Shown piece after piece: positions 16,814 through 24,711 of a DNA stretch of 41,954 nt. The first letter of the stretch is position 1, and each line of letters starts with the position of its first letter. The notes below the pieces were generated by a model. That model saw only the letters and a program-made list of their open reading frames with translations, was not told where the DNA came from and did not search any database. Origin of the DNA: a virus (Duplodnaviria > Caudoviricetes); IMG/VR virus record IMGVR_UViG_3300032373_000038, positions 1-41,954 of that record, one strand, 5' to 3'. The position numbers and the translations under genes are program-made.

Positions 16814-17127
16814 GTATTTTACGACTGACCCTGACGAAACAATGGTTTGATTTGATCGTGAAAGGCGAAAAGAAATTTGAGTATCGTGAGTACAAAAAAC
16901 ACTGGATGTCTCGCTTGCTTTGCAGTAGCGGCATTAGAAACTATGACGAAATTCATTTCACCAACGGCTACGGAAAAGATAAGCCCTTTGCTCGCGTAGA
17001 ATTTGATGGCGCTGCAATTATTAAAGGTGAGCATTGCTCTCCAGATAATGATGAGGCACTGGACTCTGATAAGAAATATTTTGTTATTGGCCTTGGCGAA
17101 GTTTTAGAGGTTGGTAACTACGCCTAA
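16747..17127 (+). CDS. Cassette ORF, ASCH/PUA-like domain protein
   Basis: LTLTKQWFDLIVKGEKKFEYR (GxKxxExR) ... IHFTNGY. Confidence 0.82.
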   Translation: MSGTTELEANTEVASPVDAIVRRILRLTLTKQWFDLIVKGEKKFEYREYKKHWMSRLLCSSGIRNYDEIHFTNGYGKDKPFARVEFDGAAIIKGEHCSPDNDEALDSDKKYFVIGLGEVLEVGNYA

Positions 17128-17251
17128 CGCCAAGCATCACAGGCTTGCGGAAGCGAGACCACAAAAATTGGAGTAAAAATTAACATGAGCGAAGCCACAG
17201 AACCTAAACCAAACGCCGAGGCAGCAAGTCCGGTGAATGCAATTGTTAGGC
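17122..17251 (-). mobile_element. attC site 3 (130 bp, about 78% identical to site 2 by hand count)
   Basis: Minus strand GCCTAAC AATTG CATTCACCGGACTTGC...GCAAGCCTGTGATGC TTGGC GTTAGGC. Confidence 0.88.
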
Positions 17252-17604
17252 GCGACGATACCAAGTGCGGTGATAAATGCACTGACCCTAAAGGCTGTTA
17301 TGCCCACGGCTGCCTGGTTGAGGTTGGCCTTGATGAGCGGATGATTGCCGCTGGCATGATCCCTATTAGTGAGATGCTAGAGCGCAACCCTCTTGGTAAA
17401 TTTTCGGCGTGTGCTGAAGTTACAGATTTAGAGAATTTCGAGAAATGGCTAAAGGATTGCTATCGCGAATTTTTACAAATGCAAGTACGCATGACTTTAG
17501 CTAAGAAAGAAGACGATGAGCTTTTCGAATGGACGCTGAGTCATGCCGCTTGCCTTGGCTCTGTTTTGGCAAACTTTAGGCAGGCAACAGGACGCAGCGC
17601 CTAA
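17185..17604 (+). CDS. Cassette ORF, hypothetical with Cys-rich segment
   Basis: GGAG RBS and ATG inside attC 3; stop in the core site. Confidence 0.75.
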   Translation: MSEATEPKPNAEAASPVNAIVRRDDTKCGDKCTDPKGCYAHGCLVEVGLDERMIAAGMIPISEMLERNPLGKFSACAEVTDLENFEKWLKDCYREFLQMQVRMTLAKKEDDELFEWTLSHAACLGSVLANFRQATGRSA

Positions 17605-17666
17605 CGGAGAAGCTGAGTTGCGTTTGTAGCGCAGCGGAAAACGTCAAATCGAGCGCATTGTTATGC
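17599..17666 (-). mobile_element. attC site 4 (68 bp)
   Basis: Minus strand GCATAAC AATGC GCTCGATTTGACGTTT...CGCTGCGCT...AAACGCAACTCAGC TTCTCC GTTAGGC, a typical short attC. Confidence 0.9.
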
Positions 17667-17687
17667 GTGACTACGGAGTGAACATCA

Positions 17688-17972
17688 ATGCTTAAAATGA
17701 AAGATAAAAGGGACGCTGGTGCGATATTAGAAAGAGGTGGTATCTCGCAGCGGATTATAAGTATTGCCCAAGAAATTGCAGAAGGCTCTTATAAGGATGC
17801 AATTAAAAATGCTGGGCGAATTGCTGCACTAGTTGATGCCGCTACTTACGATGGTTATTGGGACGCTAAAGCCAAGGAAGGGAAGCTTCAGGAAGAATTT
17901 ATTCTTGAGGATTTGAATAAAGGCGTGGTTACGCGAGAAAGAATGATAGCTCAAGTAGACCCTTACGCATAA
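17688..17972 (+). CDS. Cassette ORF, hypothetical
   Basis: CTACGGAG RBS; stop TAA in the terminal core site GCATAAC (17967-17973). Confidence 0.75.
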   Translation: MLKMKDKRDAGAILERGGISQRIISIAQEIAEGSYKDAIKNAGRIAALVDAATYDGYWDAKAKEGKLQEEFILEDLNKGVVTRERMIAQVDPYA

Positions 17973-18142
17973 CTAGCGATACAAACCAACGTGGTGTAAT
18001 CCCCATCCGGGAATTACACCAGCTTTTAAGCAAATGACTCCATATGTTACTGATTATTGCTTTTGAAGCGGTGTATATCCAAATGTTGGCTATCGAAAAA
18101 TATCTTTTTCTGTGGAAAGAACCGCTGCATTCCCTTGATTTT

Positions 18143-18184
18143 TTGACAACTGTTTAAACAGTAACTAGAATTACTACCTAGAAT
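18143..18184 (+). promoter_or_regulatory. Late promoter PR' with candidate Q-binding element and sigma pause element
   Basis: TTGACA-17 bp-TAGAAT; perfect palindrome ACTGTTTAAACAGT in the spacer; second TAGAAT at 18179-18184 just after the predicted start site. Confidence 0.82.
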
Positions 18185-18198
18185 TGCGTGAATTGTCC

Positions 18199-18229
18199 AA
18201 AAAGCCTGGCCACTGTGCCGGGCTTTTTC
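18199..18229 (+). terminator. tR'-like terminator
   Basis: AAAAAGCCTGGC-CACTGT-GCCGGGCTTTTT directly after PR'. Confidence 0.8.
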
Positions 18230-18274
18230 GTTTGGACAATTTGGACAACATAAAAAACACATAGACAAGGCCTC

Positions 18275-19033
18275 GTGAGCACTCTGCTTAGCGGGGCCTT
18301 TGTCGTTTCTGAGGGCATGGTTTTGAAAGTCACAGCATCGATAAAAGCCACAATCAAAGAAGCGTGTAACTGGGCGCTGCTTGCATACCAGAGCCGCGGC
18401 TTTCTTGAGTCTCGCTACGGTGACCAAATCACTGTGATCGACATTGATAACGATAAGAGGGGCGAGTTTGTCTACGTTCTAGACCGGGGCGATTCTGCTG
18501 TAGTCGCTATCGCCGGCTCTAACGATATTCTTGATTGGATTCGAAACCTCATCTTTCGTAAGACCAAGTGCAAGCGCTATCACGCCGGTTTTTCTGCTGA
18601 ACTGGACAGGATTGCCGATCAAATTCTTGAGGCTGTCAGAAAGACGGGAGCGAAGTCAGTACTGGTTACGGGGCATAGTCGTGGCGGTGGCGTGGCGATT
18701 CAGTTGGTTCATAAATACCGTCATTACTTTCCCAATGATCTTGAGTTAGTTGTATTTGCTGCACCTCGTGCACTGACAAAGAAAGCTGGGTGGAATATTT
18801 CTAATTGTCGGTTCCTGAATGTGATCGTGGGCAATGACCTGGTCGCCTCTCTTCCTCTTGTTGCCTGGGGATTCAAAACCTATGGGCATGTGATCGAGTT
18901 AGGTGAAAAGCTTTCTTTGTGGTGTAGGGCGCTACGCTATACCCATGCGGTCAAGAACAAGGTTAAGCCAACGCTCAAGGGCATTAAGGATCATCTTCCC
19001 GCTGCTTACTCAAAAGCTGTGGGGAAGCTTTGA
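18275..19033 (+). CDS. Class 3 lipase (alpha/beta hydrolase); true start may be ATG 18317
   Basis: VAIAGSNDILDW lid, HAGF, nucleophile GHSRGG, FAAPR, NDLVASLP (Asp), DHLPAAY (His). Confidence 0.9.
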   Translation: MSTLLSGAFVVSEGMVLKVTASIKATIKEACNWALLAYQSRGFLESRYGDQITVIDIDNDKRGEFVYVLDRGDSAVVAIAGSNDILDWIRNLIFRKTKCKRYHAGFSAELDRIADQILEAVRKTGAKSVLVTGHSRGGGVAIQLVHKYRHYFPNDLELVVFAAPRALTKKAGWNISNCRFLNVIVGNDLVASLPLVAWGFKTYGHVIELGEKLSLWCRALRYTHAVKNKVKPTLKGIKDHLPAAYSKAVGKL

Positions 19034-19287
19034 TGAGTGAAATTGATCCAGCTACTGCAACCGCTGTGGGCGGCACCGGAATTGCTAGCTGGTGGATTAT
19101 TCGGTGGTTCTTTAGTCGCTCGATTAAGCGTGTTGATGATCTGGAGGAGCGCCTCGAGAAGTTGGAGCAAAACGCAGCGACACATGCTGACATTAAGCAG
19201 CTTCGAGAGGCAATAGAAAATGGTAATCGGTCTATTCATGAGCGGATCGATGGGCTGTATAAGCTTTGGGCTGAAAAACCAAAGTAG
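19030..19287 (+). CDS. Holin-like small protein (N-terminal hydrophobic segment plus coiled coil)
   Basis: AVGGTGIASWWIIRWFF then RVDDLEERLEKLE...IHERIDGL; lysis-slot position. Confidence 0.5.
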   Translation: MMSEIDPATATAVGGTGIASWWIIRWFFSRSIKRVDDLEERLEKLEQNAATHADIKQLREAIENGNRSIHERIDGLYKLWAEKPK

Positions 19288-19297
19288 CTGGTGATTA

Positions 19298-19723
19298 GTG
19301 CTGAACAATGCCAAGCGAGATGCCAAGCGAGACGATAAGTTTTTTGAGGCGCTTACTGAGGGTTATGGACCTGCTAATGCTGCAAAGATGGCTGGGTACT
19401 CTCGCTCTAGTGCGTACAACTATCGCAAGGAAGATAAGGCGTTTAGTGAGCGCTGGGATGATTCTCTTGCCGAGTATAAAGAAACGCTTGAGGCTGAAGC
19501 CGATAGACGGGCCCATGACGGTGTTACTGAGGGCATTTATTACCAGGGAAAAGAGGTTGGCAGTGTCCAAAAGTACTCTGATTCGCTTTTGATGTTTCGC
19601 CTTAAGAAAATTGACCCAAGTTACCGAGAGAACTTTAAACCTGATCCTCGTGATAGCGAGGATGACGATCCCGTGTCTGTTGAATTTGTAGTGATAGATG
19701 GTCGCAAAGATAGCGAGAGCTGA
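19298..19723 (+). CDS. terS: Terminase small subunit
   Basis: N-terminal HTH (AAKMAGYSRSSAYNYR), LEAEADRRA...YSDSLLMFRLK; upstream of terL. Confidence 0.85.
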   Translation: MLNNAKRDAKRDDKFFEALTEGYGPANAAKMAGYSRSSAYNYRKEDKAFSERWDDSLAEYKETLEAEADRRAHDGVTEGIYYQGKEVGSVQKYSDSLLMFRLKKIDPSYRENFKPDPRDSEDDDPVSVEFVVIDGRKDSES

Positions 19724-21014
19724 GCTTAATCGGCCTCAGGCGGCGTTCATTCAGTTGCCCCACAAGTTTCGATCATATGTTGGTGGCTTTGGTAGCGGCA
19801 AGACCTGGGTGGGCTCTTCTGCAATGTGCGCTCATTACTATCGATGGCCAAAGATCAATCAGGGCTACTTTGCCCCAACGTATGGCCATATTCGCGACAT
19901 CTTCTATCCAACGATCGAAGAGGTTGCATACGGCCTTGGGCTGAATGTCGAGATTAAGGAAGGAAACCGAGAGGTTCATTTTTACTCAGGCCGCCGGTAC
20001 CGAGGCACGACGATCTGCCGCTCAATGGAGAAGCCGCAAAACATCGTAGGGTTCAAGATTGGGAATGCGCTAATCGATGAGTTAGATATCCTCACAGCAA
20101 CAAAGGCAAATCAAGCCTGGACAAAAATTATTGCCCGAATGCGCTACAAGGTTGACGGCCTTAAAAATGGCATTGATGTAGCAACAACACCTGAAGGTTT
20201 TAAGTTTGTCTATCAGATGTTTATCAAGAAGGTGAGAGAGAAGCCCTTGCTAGCTAAGAATTACGGAATCATTCAGGCCTCAACGTATGAGAATGAAAAA
20301 AACCTTCCTGATGATTACATTTCAACCCTTTATGAAACGTACGCTGAAGAGCTGATTAAGGCCTATCTGAAGGGTGAGTTTACTAACTTAACTTCTGGCA
20401 CAATTTACAGCGCCTTTGATCGGGCGCTTAATCATTGCAATGATCGACTGGAAGAGAAAGAGCCTGCTTTTGTGGGGCTAGATTTCAATGTGGGCAAGAT
20501 GGCGGCGGTAACGCATGTGCTGCGCAACAAAGAACCAAAGGCAGTTGATGAGTTAATGGGCGGAAAAGATACGCCAGACATGATTCAGCGACTCAAAGAG
20601 CGCTACTGGGATTATATGGGCGGCGAGTATCGACGTTCGAGAGAGATTCATATTTACCCAGACTCATCGGGCGACTCTCGCAAGACGGTGGATGCATCTA
20701 AAACCGATATAGCACTTCTTCGTCAAGCCGGTTTTATTGTTCATGCACCAAAGGCAAATCCACCGGTTAAAGATCGGATCAACGCCATGAATGCGATGTT
20801 CTGCAACGCGAATCAGGAACGGCGGTATCTCGTGAATACCGATCTCTGCCCAACGTACACAGAGGCATTGGAGCAGCAGGTTTATACAGGGAATGGCGAA
20901 CCAGACAAACAACATGATCAGGATCACCCCAATGATGCATCAGGCTATCTTATTCACCAACGATTCCCGGTTGTTAAGCCGGTTATCAGAACAGGCATAG
21001 GCATGGCTTACTAA
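19698..21014 (+). CDS. terL: Terminase large subunit
   Basis: Walker A GGFGSGKT, Walker B LIDE, ATTPEG, nuclease GLDFN and DHPNDA. Confidence 0.95.
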   Translation: MVAKIARAELNRPQAAFIQLPHKFRSYVGGFGSGKTWVGSSAMCAHYYRWPKINQGYFAPTYGHIRDIFYPTIEEVAYGLGLNVEIKEGNREVHFYSGRRYRGTTICRSMEKPQNIVGFKIGNALIDELDILTATKANQAWTKIIARMRYKVDGLKNGIDVATTPEGFKFVYQMFIKKVREKPLLAKNYGIIQASTYENEKNLPDDYISTLYETYAEELIKAYLKGEFTNLTSGTIYSAFDRALNHCNDRLEEKEPAFVGLDFNVGKMAAVTHVLRNKEPKAVDELMGGKDTPDMIQRLKERYWDYMGGEYRRSREIHIYPDSSGDSRKTVDASKTDIALLRQAGFIVHAPKANPPVKDRINAMNAMFCNANQERRYLVNTDLCPTYTEALEQQVYTGNGEPDKQHDQDHPNDASGYLIHQRFPVVKPVIRTGIGMAY

Positions 21015-22426
21015 TGGCAGATGTAACGTTTACGCGCTCAGAGTACGACAACGCGCTTCCTGGCTGGGAAGAAGTTGAGGATGTATGTGCGGGCGAGGCA
21101 GCCATTAAAGCCAAGGAAGGGCAGTATCTACCAAAGCACCAGGTCGGTGATGATGCTGATGCTAGATACAAGCGCTACCTCTTTCGTGCCTGCTTCGTTG
21201 GCTTCGCTGGTAGAACGCTTCAAAGTATTATTGGTGCAGTGTTTCGCAAGTGGCCTGAGCTAGTCGTTCCGACATCACTGGACTGCACCAAGAAGAACGT
21301 CGACGGCGCTGGTGTAAGTATTTACCAGCAATCTCAAAGCGTTCTATCTGAAGTAATGAAAAAAGGCCGTCACGGGCTTCTCGTTGATTACCCCAAAACA
21401 GAGAAATCGACCTCTAAAGCTGAGTTGGCCAAGGGTAATGTTCGGGCGACGATCGTAAGTATTGATGCAAAGCAGATTGTTAACTGGCGTACAGCTCAAG
21501 TGGGCGGCATTCATAAGCTCTCGCTCGTTGTTATCTGGGAGTTTGTCACCGAAGAAACAGAGGACGGCTTTGGCTTAGAAAGCATTGAGCAGTACCGAGT
21601 GCTTAGACTGTTTGATGGCGTTTATGCTTGGCAGATTTGGCGGCATGATAAGAATCAAAACGCTTGGGTGATTGACGATAGCGCCGTTCCAAGAGATGGC
21701 AAGGGCAAGCTGTGGGATACGATACCGTTTACGTTTGTTGGGGCCAAGAACAACGATTCCAATATCGATCTAGCACCAATGTCTGAGCTGGCTAGAGCTA
21801 ATCTCCATCATTACCTAAATTCGGCTGATTTTGAGTACGCGACATTCTTTCAAAGCCACCCGCAACCAACGATGAACATGGACGATACTCACTTTCGAAT
21901 GATGAAGGAGGAGGGCGTAAAGGTGGGGCCTGATGAATTACTCCCTGTCCCCATTGGTGGAAGGTACGAGCTAGCACAAGCAAGCGGTGATTCATTGGCG
22001 GTAACTGCCATGGAGCAAAAGGTTGGCTACATAGTGGCACTTGGTGGGCGCTTAATCCAAAAGGGCGAGGCCGTAAAAACGGCAACGGAAGCGCAGAACG
22101 ATAACGAGTCCGAGCATTCAGTACTTTCCCTTGCTGCCTCGAACGTGTCTGAAGCTTACACGCAGTGCCTAGAGTGGATGGCTCGCTTCATGAATGCCGA
22201 CGGTAGTGAAGCGTCTTATACGTTAAGCCAAGATCTTGTTACCCCCTCTCTTGATGCTCAAACTATTCTCGCATTCAATGCGATTGTCGACGGTGCCAAG
22301 ATGCCTAAGTCAGACTTCTGGACATACCTGCGTCGCATTGGATTGATTGATCCAGAAAAGACTGACGAGGACATCAAGGAAGAGATTGAAGGGCAGGGCG
22401 ATGGATTAGGGTTAGATAATGAGTGA
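21014..22426 (+). CDS. Portal protein (DUF4055-like)
   Basis: YLP...YKRYLFRA, GRHGLLVDYP, IVNW, IPFTF, KTATEA; follows terL. Confidence 0.9.
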   Translation: MADVTFTRSEYDNALPGWEEVEDVCAGEAAIKAKEGQYLPKHQVGDDADARYKRYLFRACFVGFAGRTLQSIIGAVFRKWPELVVPTSLDCTKKNVDGAGVSIYQQSQSVLSEVMKKGRHGLLVDYPKTEKSTSKAELAKGNVRATIVSIDAKQIVNWRTAQVGGIHKLSLVVIWEFVTEETEDGFGLESIEQYRVLRLFDGVYAWQIWRHDKNQNAWVIDDSAVPRDGKGKLWDTIPFTFVGAKNNDSNIDLAPMSELARANLHHYLNSADFEYATFFQSHPQPTMNMDDTHFRMMKEEGVKVGPDELLPVPIGGRYELAQASGDSLAVTAMEQKVGYIVALGGRLIQKGEAVKTATEAQNDNESEHSVLSLAASNVSEAYTQCLEWMARFMNADGSEASYTLSQDLVTPSLDAQTILAFNAIVDGAKMPKSDFWTYLRRIGLIDPEKTDEDIKEEIEGQGDGLGLDNE

Positions 22427-22682
22427 TCAAAAAGTAGCTGAGCTTTTCCCTAAATCAAACAAGAGCCTTGTGGAGCATTTAGAGAAGTTGGTAGAGATGG
22501 CTAAAGAAGGCGATCTTACCGGGATGGTTGCTCTCGGGGTGACGAATGATGGTTGTATCGTCGATGGTTTTACCGGGATAGAAGATAATGTGTTTAACGC
22601 TATTGCAGGTCTTCGAATCCTTGAACATCGAATCATTACGGGTAGTGTAGATATGCCGGAAGAGCGCAACATCTACGAATAA
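22419..22682 (+). CDS. Hypothetical protein
   Basis: Overlaps the portal stop and the MuF start; LEKLVEMAKEGDLTG. Confidence 0.7.
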   Translation: MSDQKVAELFPKSNKSLVEHLEKLVEMAKEGDLTGMVALGVTNDGCIVDGFTGIEDNVFNAIAGLRILEHRIITGSVDMPEERNIYE

Positions 22683-24364
22683 TGGCCGTCCCCGATCTGC
22701 TCGTCCAATCCACTGTACGCCATCAAGTACACCTGGAAGGACTCAAGGCGGGCGAAGTAAATCAGTTCACTGCTTTTCTAAAAAAGATCGACAGAGATCT
22801 TCGAGAGAAGCTAACGCGAAGCGAGCTAACCGAATACTCTCGTGACCGCCTTGAGAAACTCCTTAAGTCAGTCGACAAGATGCTGGCAGAGACTTACGGC
22901 GATTACTACGATGAGCTAGCGGGCCATTTAACTGACACCGCAGAGTATGAGGCCGAATTCGAAGCAAAAAGCCTTAACAACGTTTTGGATTCTTCAAGTT
23001 TTGAGGCTGTTGTTCCAGCGCCTGCACAAGTTCATGCGGCGATATTTTCAGCGCCTTTGTCTGTACGTGGTGCGGATAATGGCAAGCTTTTAGAACCGTT
23101 CATTAAGGACTGGTCTCACAATGAGCGTAAGCGCATTGTTGGTGCGATCCGCCAAGGCGTGTTTGAAGGACAAACGAATCACCAGATAATCCAGAATATT
23201 CGAGGCACCAAAGCCGCTAAGTTCAATGATGGAATTCTGGCAATCAGTGCGCGAAATGCTGAGAAGGTCGTTAGGACAGCGGTTCAGCATGTATCGACAG
23301 CGGCGCGCTTTTCTACTTTCGAAGAAAACAACGACATTGTAAAAGGCTACCGAATCGTAGCCACACTGGACGGAAAGACCTCGGTTATTTGTCGCTCGCT
23401 TGATGGCGAGGTGTATGAACTAGGCAAGGGCCCGCGTCCACCGTTCCATGTTCTGTGCAGGACAACGATTATTGCTAAGCTGGATGATCGCTTTGCATTT
23501 CTCAAAGAAGGCGCTACCAGAGCCTCTATGGATGGGCCGGTTGACGCAAAAGAAACTTATTATTCTTGGCTGAAGAAGCAGGAAGTAGCGTTTCAAGATG
23601 ATGTATTGGGCCCCAACAGGGGCAGCCTGCTTAGGAGTGGTGACTTAAGTGCAGAAAAGTTTGCCAAGCTAAATATTGGAAAAAACTTTAAGCCGCTAAC
23701 TTTAGCCGAGATGCGACACAAAGAACCATTGGCTTTTAAAAAGTCAGAGGCTGTTAAGCCGCTTACTAAGCAGGCTGAGCATGCCAAACTGGCAGAATCG
23801 CGCCAACGTCAAGATTTAACTCGAAACTGGATGAGCGATAAGGAATACAAAACCGAGGCTGGACGCATGGTGAACCCTCGCATCAAAAAACAGGCAGAGG
23901 AGTATGGTTTAACTCAGCCTGAACAAGTAGCGATCGGACATTACACTGGCACGGGATATTTTGATCTTAATGGTGATCTGTTTAATGCAAAACAACCAGC
24001 CGATGCTAGACTCAATGATGCGGCCAATGTTTTGCGAGATGGGTTAGCCAAACTACCAGGCTTTGAAGGTCAGACAATAAGGAGAACTACGCTACCTGCT
24101 TCGATATTAGAGAAGCATCAAATAGGTAGCGTGGTTGAATACCCAGCGTTTACAAGCTCAACGTTTGGCCCTAGTGATGTCTTCGATGACAATCCACACC
24201 GGTTTGTTATTCAGGGAACAGCAGGCAAAAAGATTGACTGGATTAGCCACTTTGGCTCAGAGCGTGAAGTGCTGCATACTAGTCCTACCAAGTTCCTGGT
24301 TAAGGGGCGCATTGAAAAAGATGGGATCGTAGAGATTACGTTAAAAGAGCTGCCAAATGACTAG
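22682..24364 (+). CDS. MuF (SPP1 gp7-like) minor head protein with C-terminal ADP-ribosyltransferase domain
   Basis: MuF: ATLDGKTSVICRSLDG...PPFHVLCRTT. ART: YTGTGYFDLN, KLP, TIRR, FTSST, SEREVL (R-S-ExE class). Confidence 0.88.
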   Translation: MAVPDLLVQSTVRHQVHLEGLKAGEVNQFTAFLKKIDRDLREKLTRSELTEYSRDRLEKLLKSVDKMLAETYGDYYDELAGHLTDTAEYEAEFEAKSLNNVLDSSSFEAVVPAPAQVHAAIFSAPLSVRGADNGKLLEPFIKDWSHNERKRIVGAIRQGVFEGQTNHQIIQNIRGTKAAKFNDGILAISARNAEKVVRTAVQHVSTAARFSTFEENNDIVKGYRIVATLDGKTSVICRSLDGEVYELGKGPRPPFHVLCRTTIIAKLDDRFAFLKEGATRASMDGPVDAKETYYSWLKKQEVAFQDDVLGPNRGSLLRSGDLSAEKFAKLNIGKNFKPLTLAEMRHKEPLAFKKSEAVKPLTKQAEHAKLAESRQRQDLTRNWMSDKEYKTEAGRMVNPRIKKQAEEYGLTQPEQVAIGHYTGTGYFDLNGDLFNAKQPADARLNDAANVLRDGLAKLPGFEGQTIRRTTLPASILEKHQIGSVVEYPAFTSSTFGPSDVFDDNPHRFVIQGTAGKKIDWISHFGSEREVLHTSPTKFLVKGRIEKDGIVEITLKELPND

Positions 24365-24581
24365 CGTTTTAGATTTACCAATTGAAAAGCAGGAGAAGTT
24401 AGCTGCATTGGAAGGTATGAACCACCAAGCATGGGTGGAAGTGACCAAGCAGGAGCTGGCTAGCGCTGATGCATTCCGCAAGGAGCTGGATGCTAATGCT
24501 GGCGTTCGGCCTAAAGGCTGGGCTGAGGAGGATACTAAGCGGTTTCAAGCAAAAGTAGATTCGGGAAATCCGCCCGGGTAA
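24357..24581 (+). CDS. Small protein downstream of the MuF toxin, candidate immunity protein
   Basis: 74 aa, overlaps the toxin stop, followed by terminators. Confidence 0.55.
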   Translation: MTSVLDLPIEKQEKLAALEGMNHQAWVEVTKQELASADAFRKELDANAGVRPKGWAEEDTKRFQAKVDSGNPPG

Positions 24582-24604
24582 CTAGTCAAGTAATTTGAAT
24601 TCAG

Positions 24605-24665
24605 AGAAGCCCGCCTAGTGCGGGTTTTTCTTTATCTGGACACCGGCCTTAGTGCCGGTTTTTTT
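24605..24665 (+). terminator. Two tandem intrinsic terminators
   Basis: GCCCGC-CTAGT-GCGGGT plus T run; ACCGGC-CTTAGT-GCCGGT plus T run. Confidence 0.8.
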
Positions 24666-24711
24666 ATGCCTGCGGGGCAGGTAAATAATTATCTCTGGGA
24701 GATATGAAAAC

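Larger units (their letters stand above)
16324..17973 (-). mobile_element. Integron cassette array lacking intI (CALIN-like), four intact cassettes
   Basis: Four RYYTAAC...GTTRRRY hairpin sites separating single ORFs; each cassette's own ends are complementary over 9-10 bp. Confidence 0.9.

Noticed and set aside
16684-17251. Repeats as a CRISPR array or simple gene duplication
   Set aside because: Units are 130 bp, divergent, separated by whole ORFs and have attC architecture; protein similarity is limited to the attC-encoded peptide.
18149-18162. LexA box in the PR' spacer
   Set aside because: Spacing is CTGT-N4-ACAG, not CTGT-N8-ACAG.
18240-18302. Canonical ANTAR twin-hairpin target in the late leader
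   Set aside because: GACAAGGCCTC only loosely resembles the motif and no pair of proper hexaloop stems was found by eye; a covariance search is needed.
18047-18427. 126-aa minus-strand ORF
   Set aside because: Crosses PR', the terminators and the lipase start in antisense; no coding signal.
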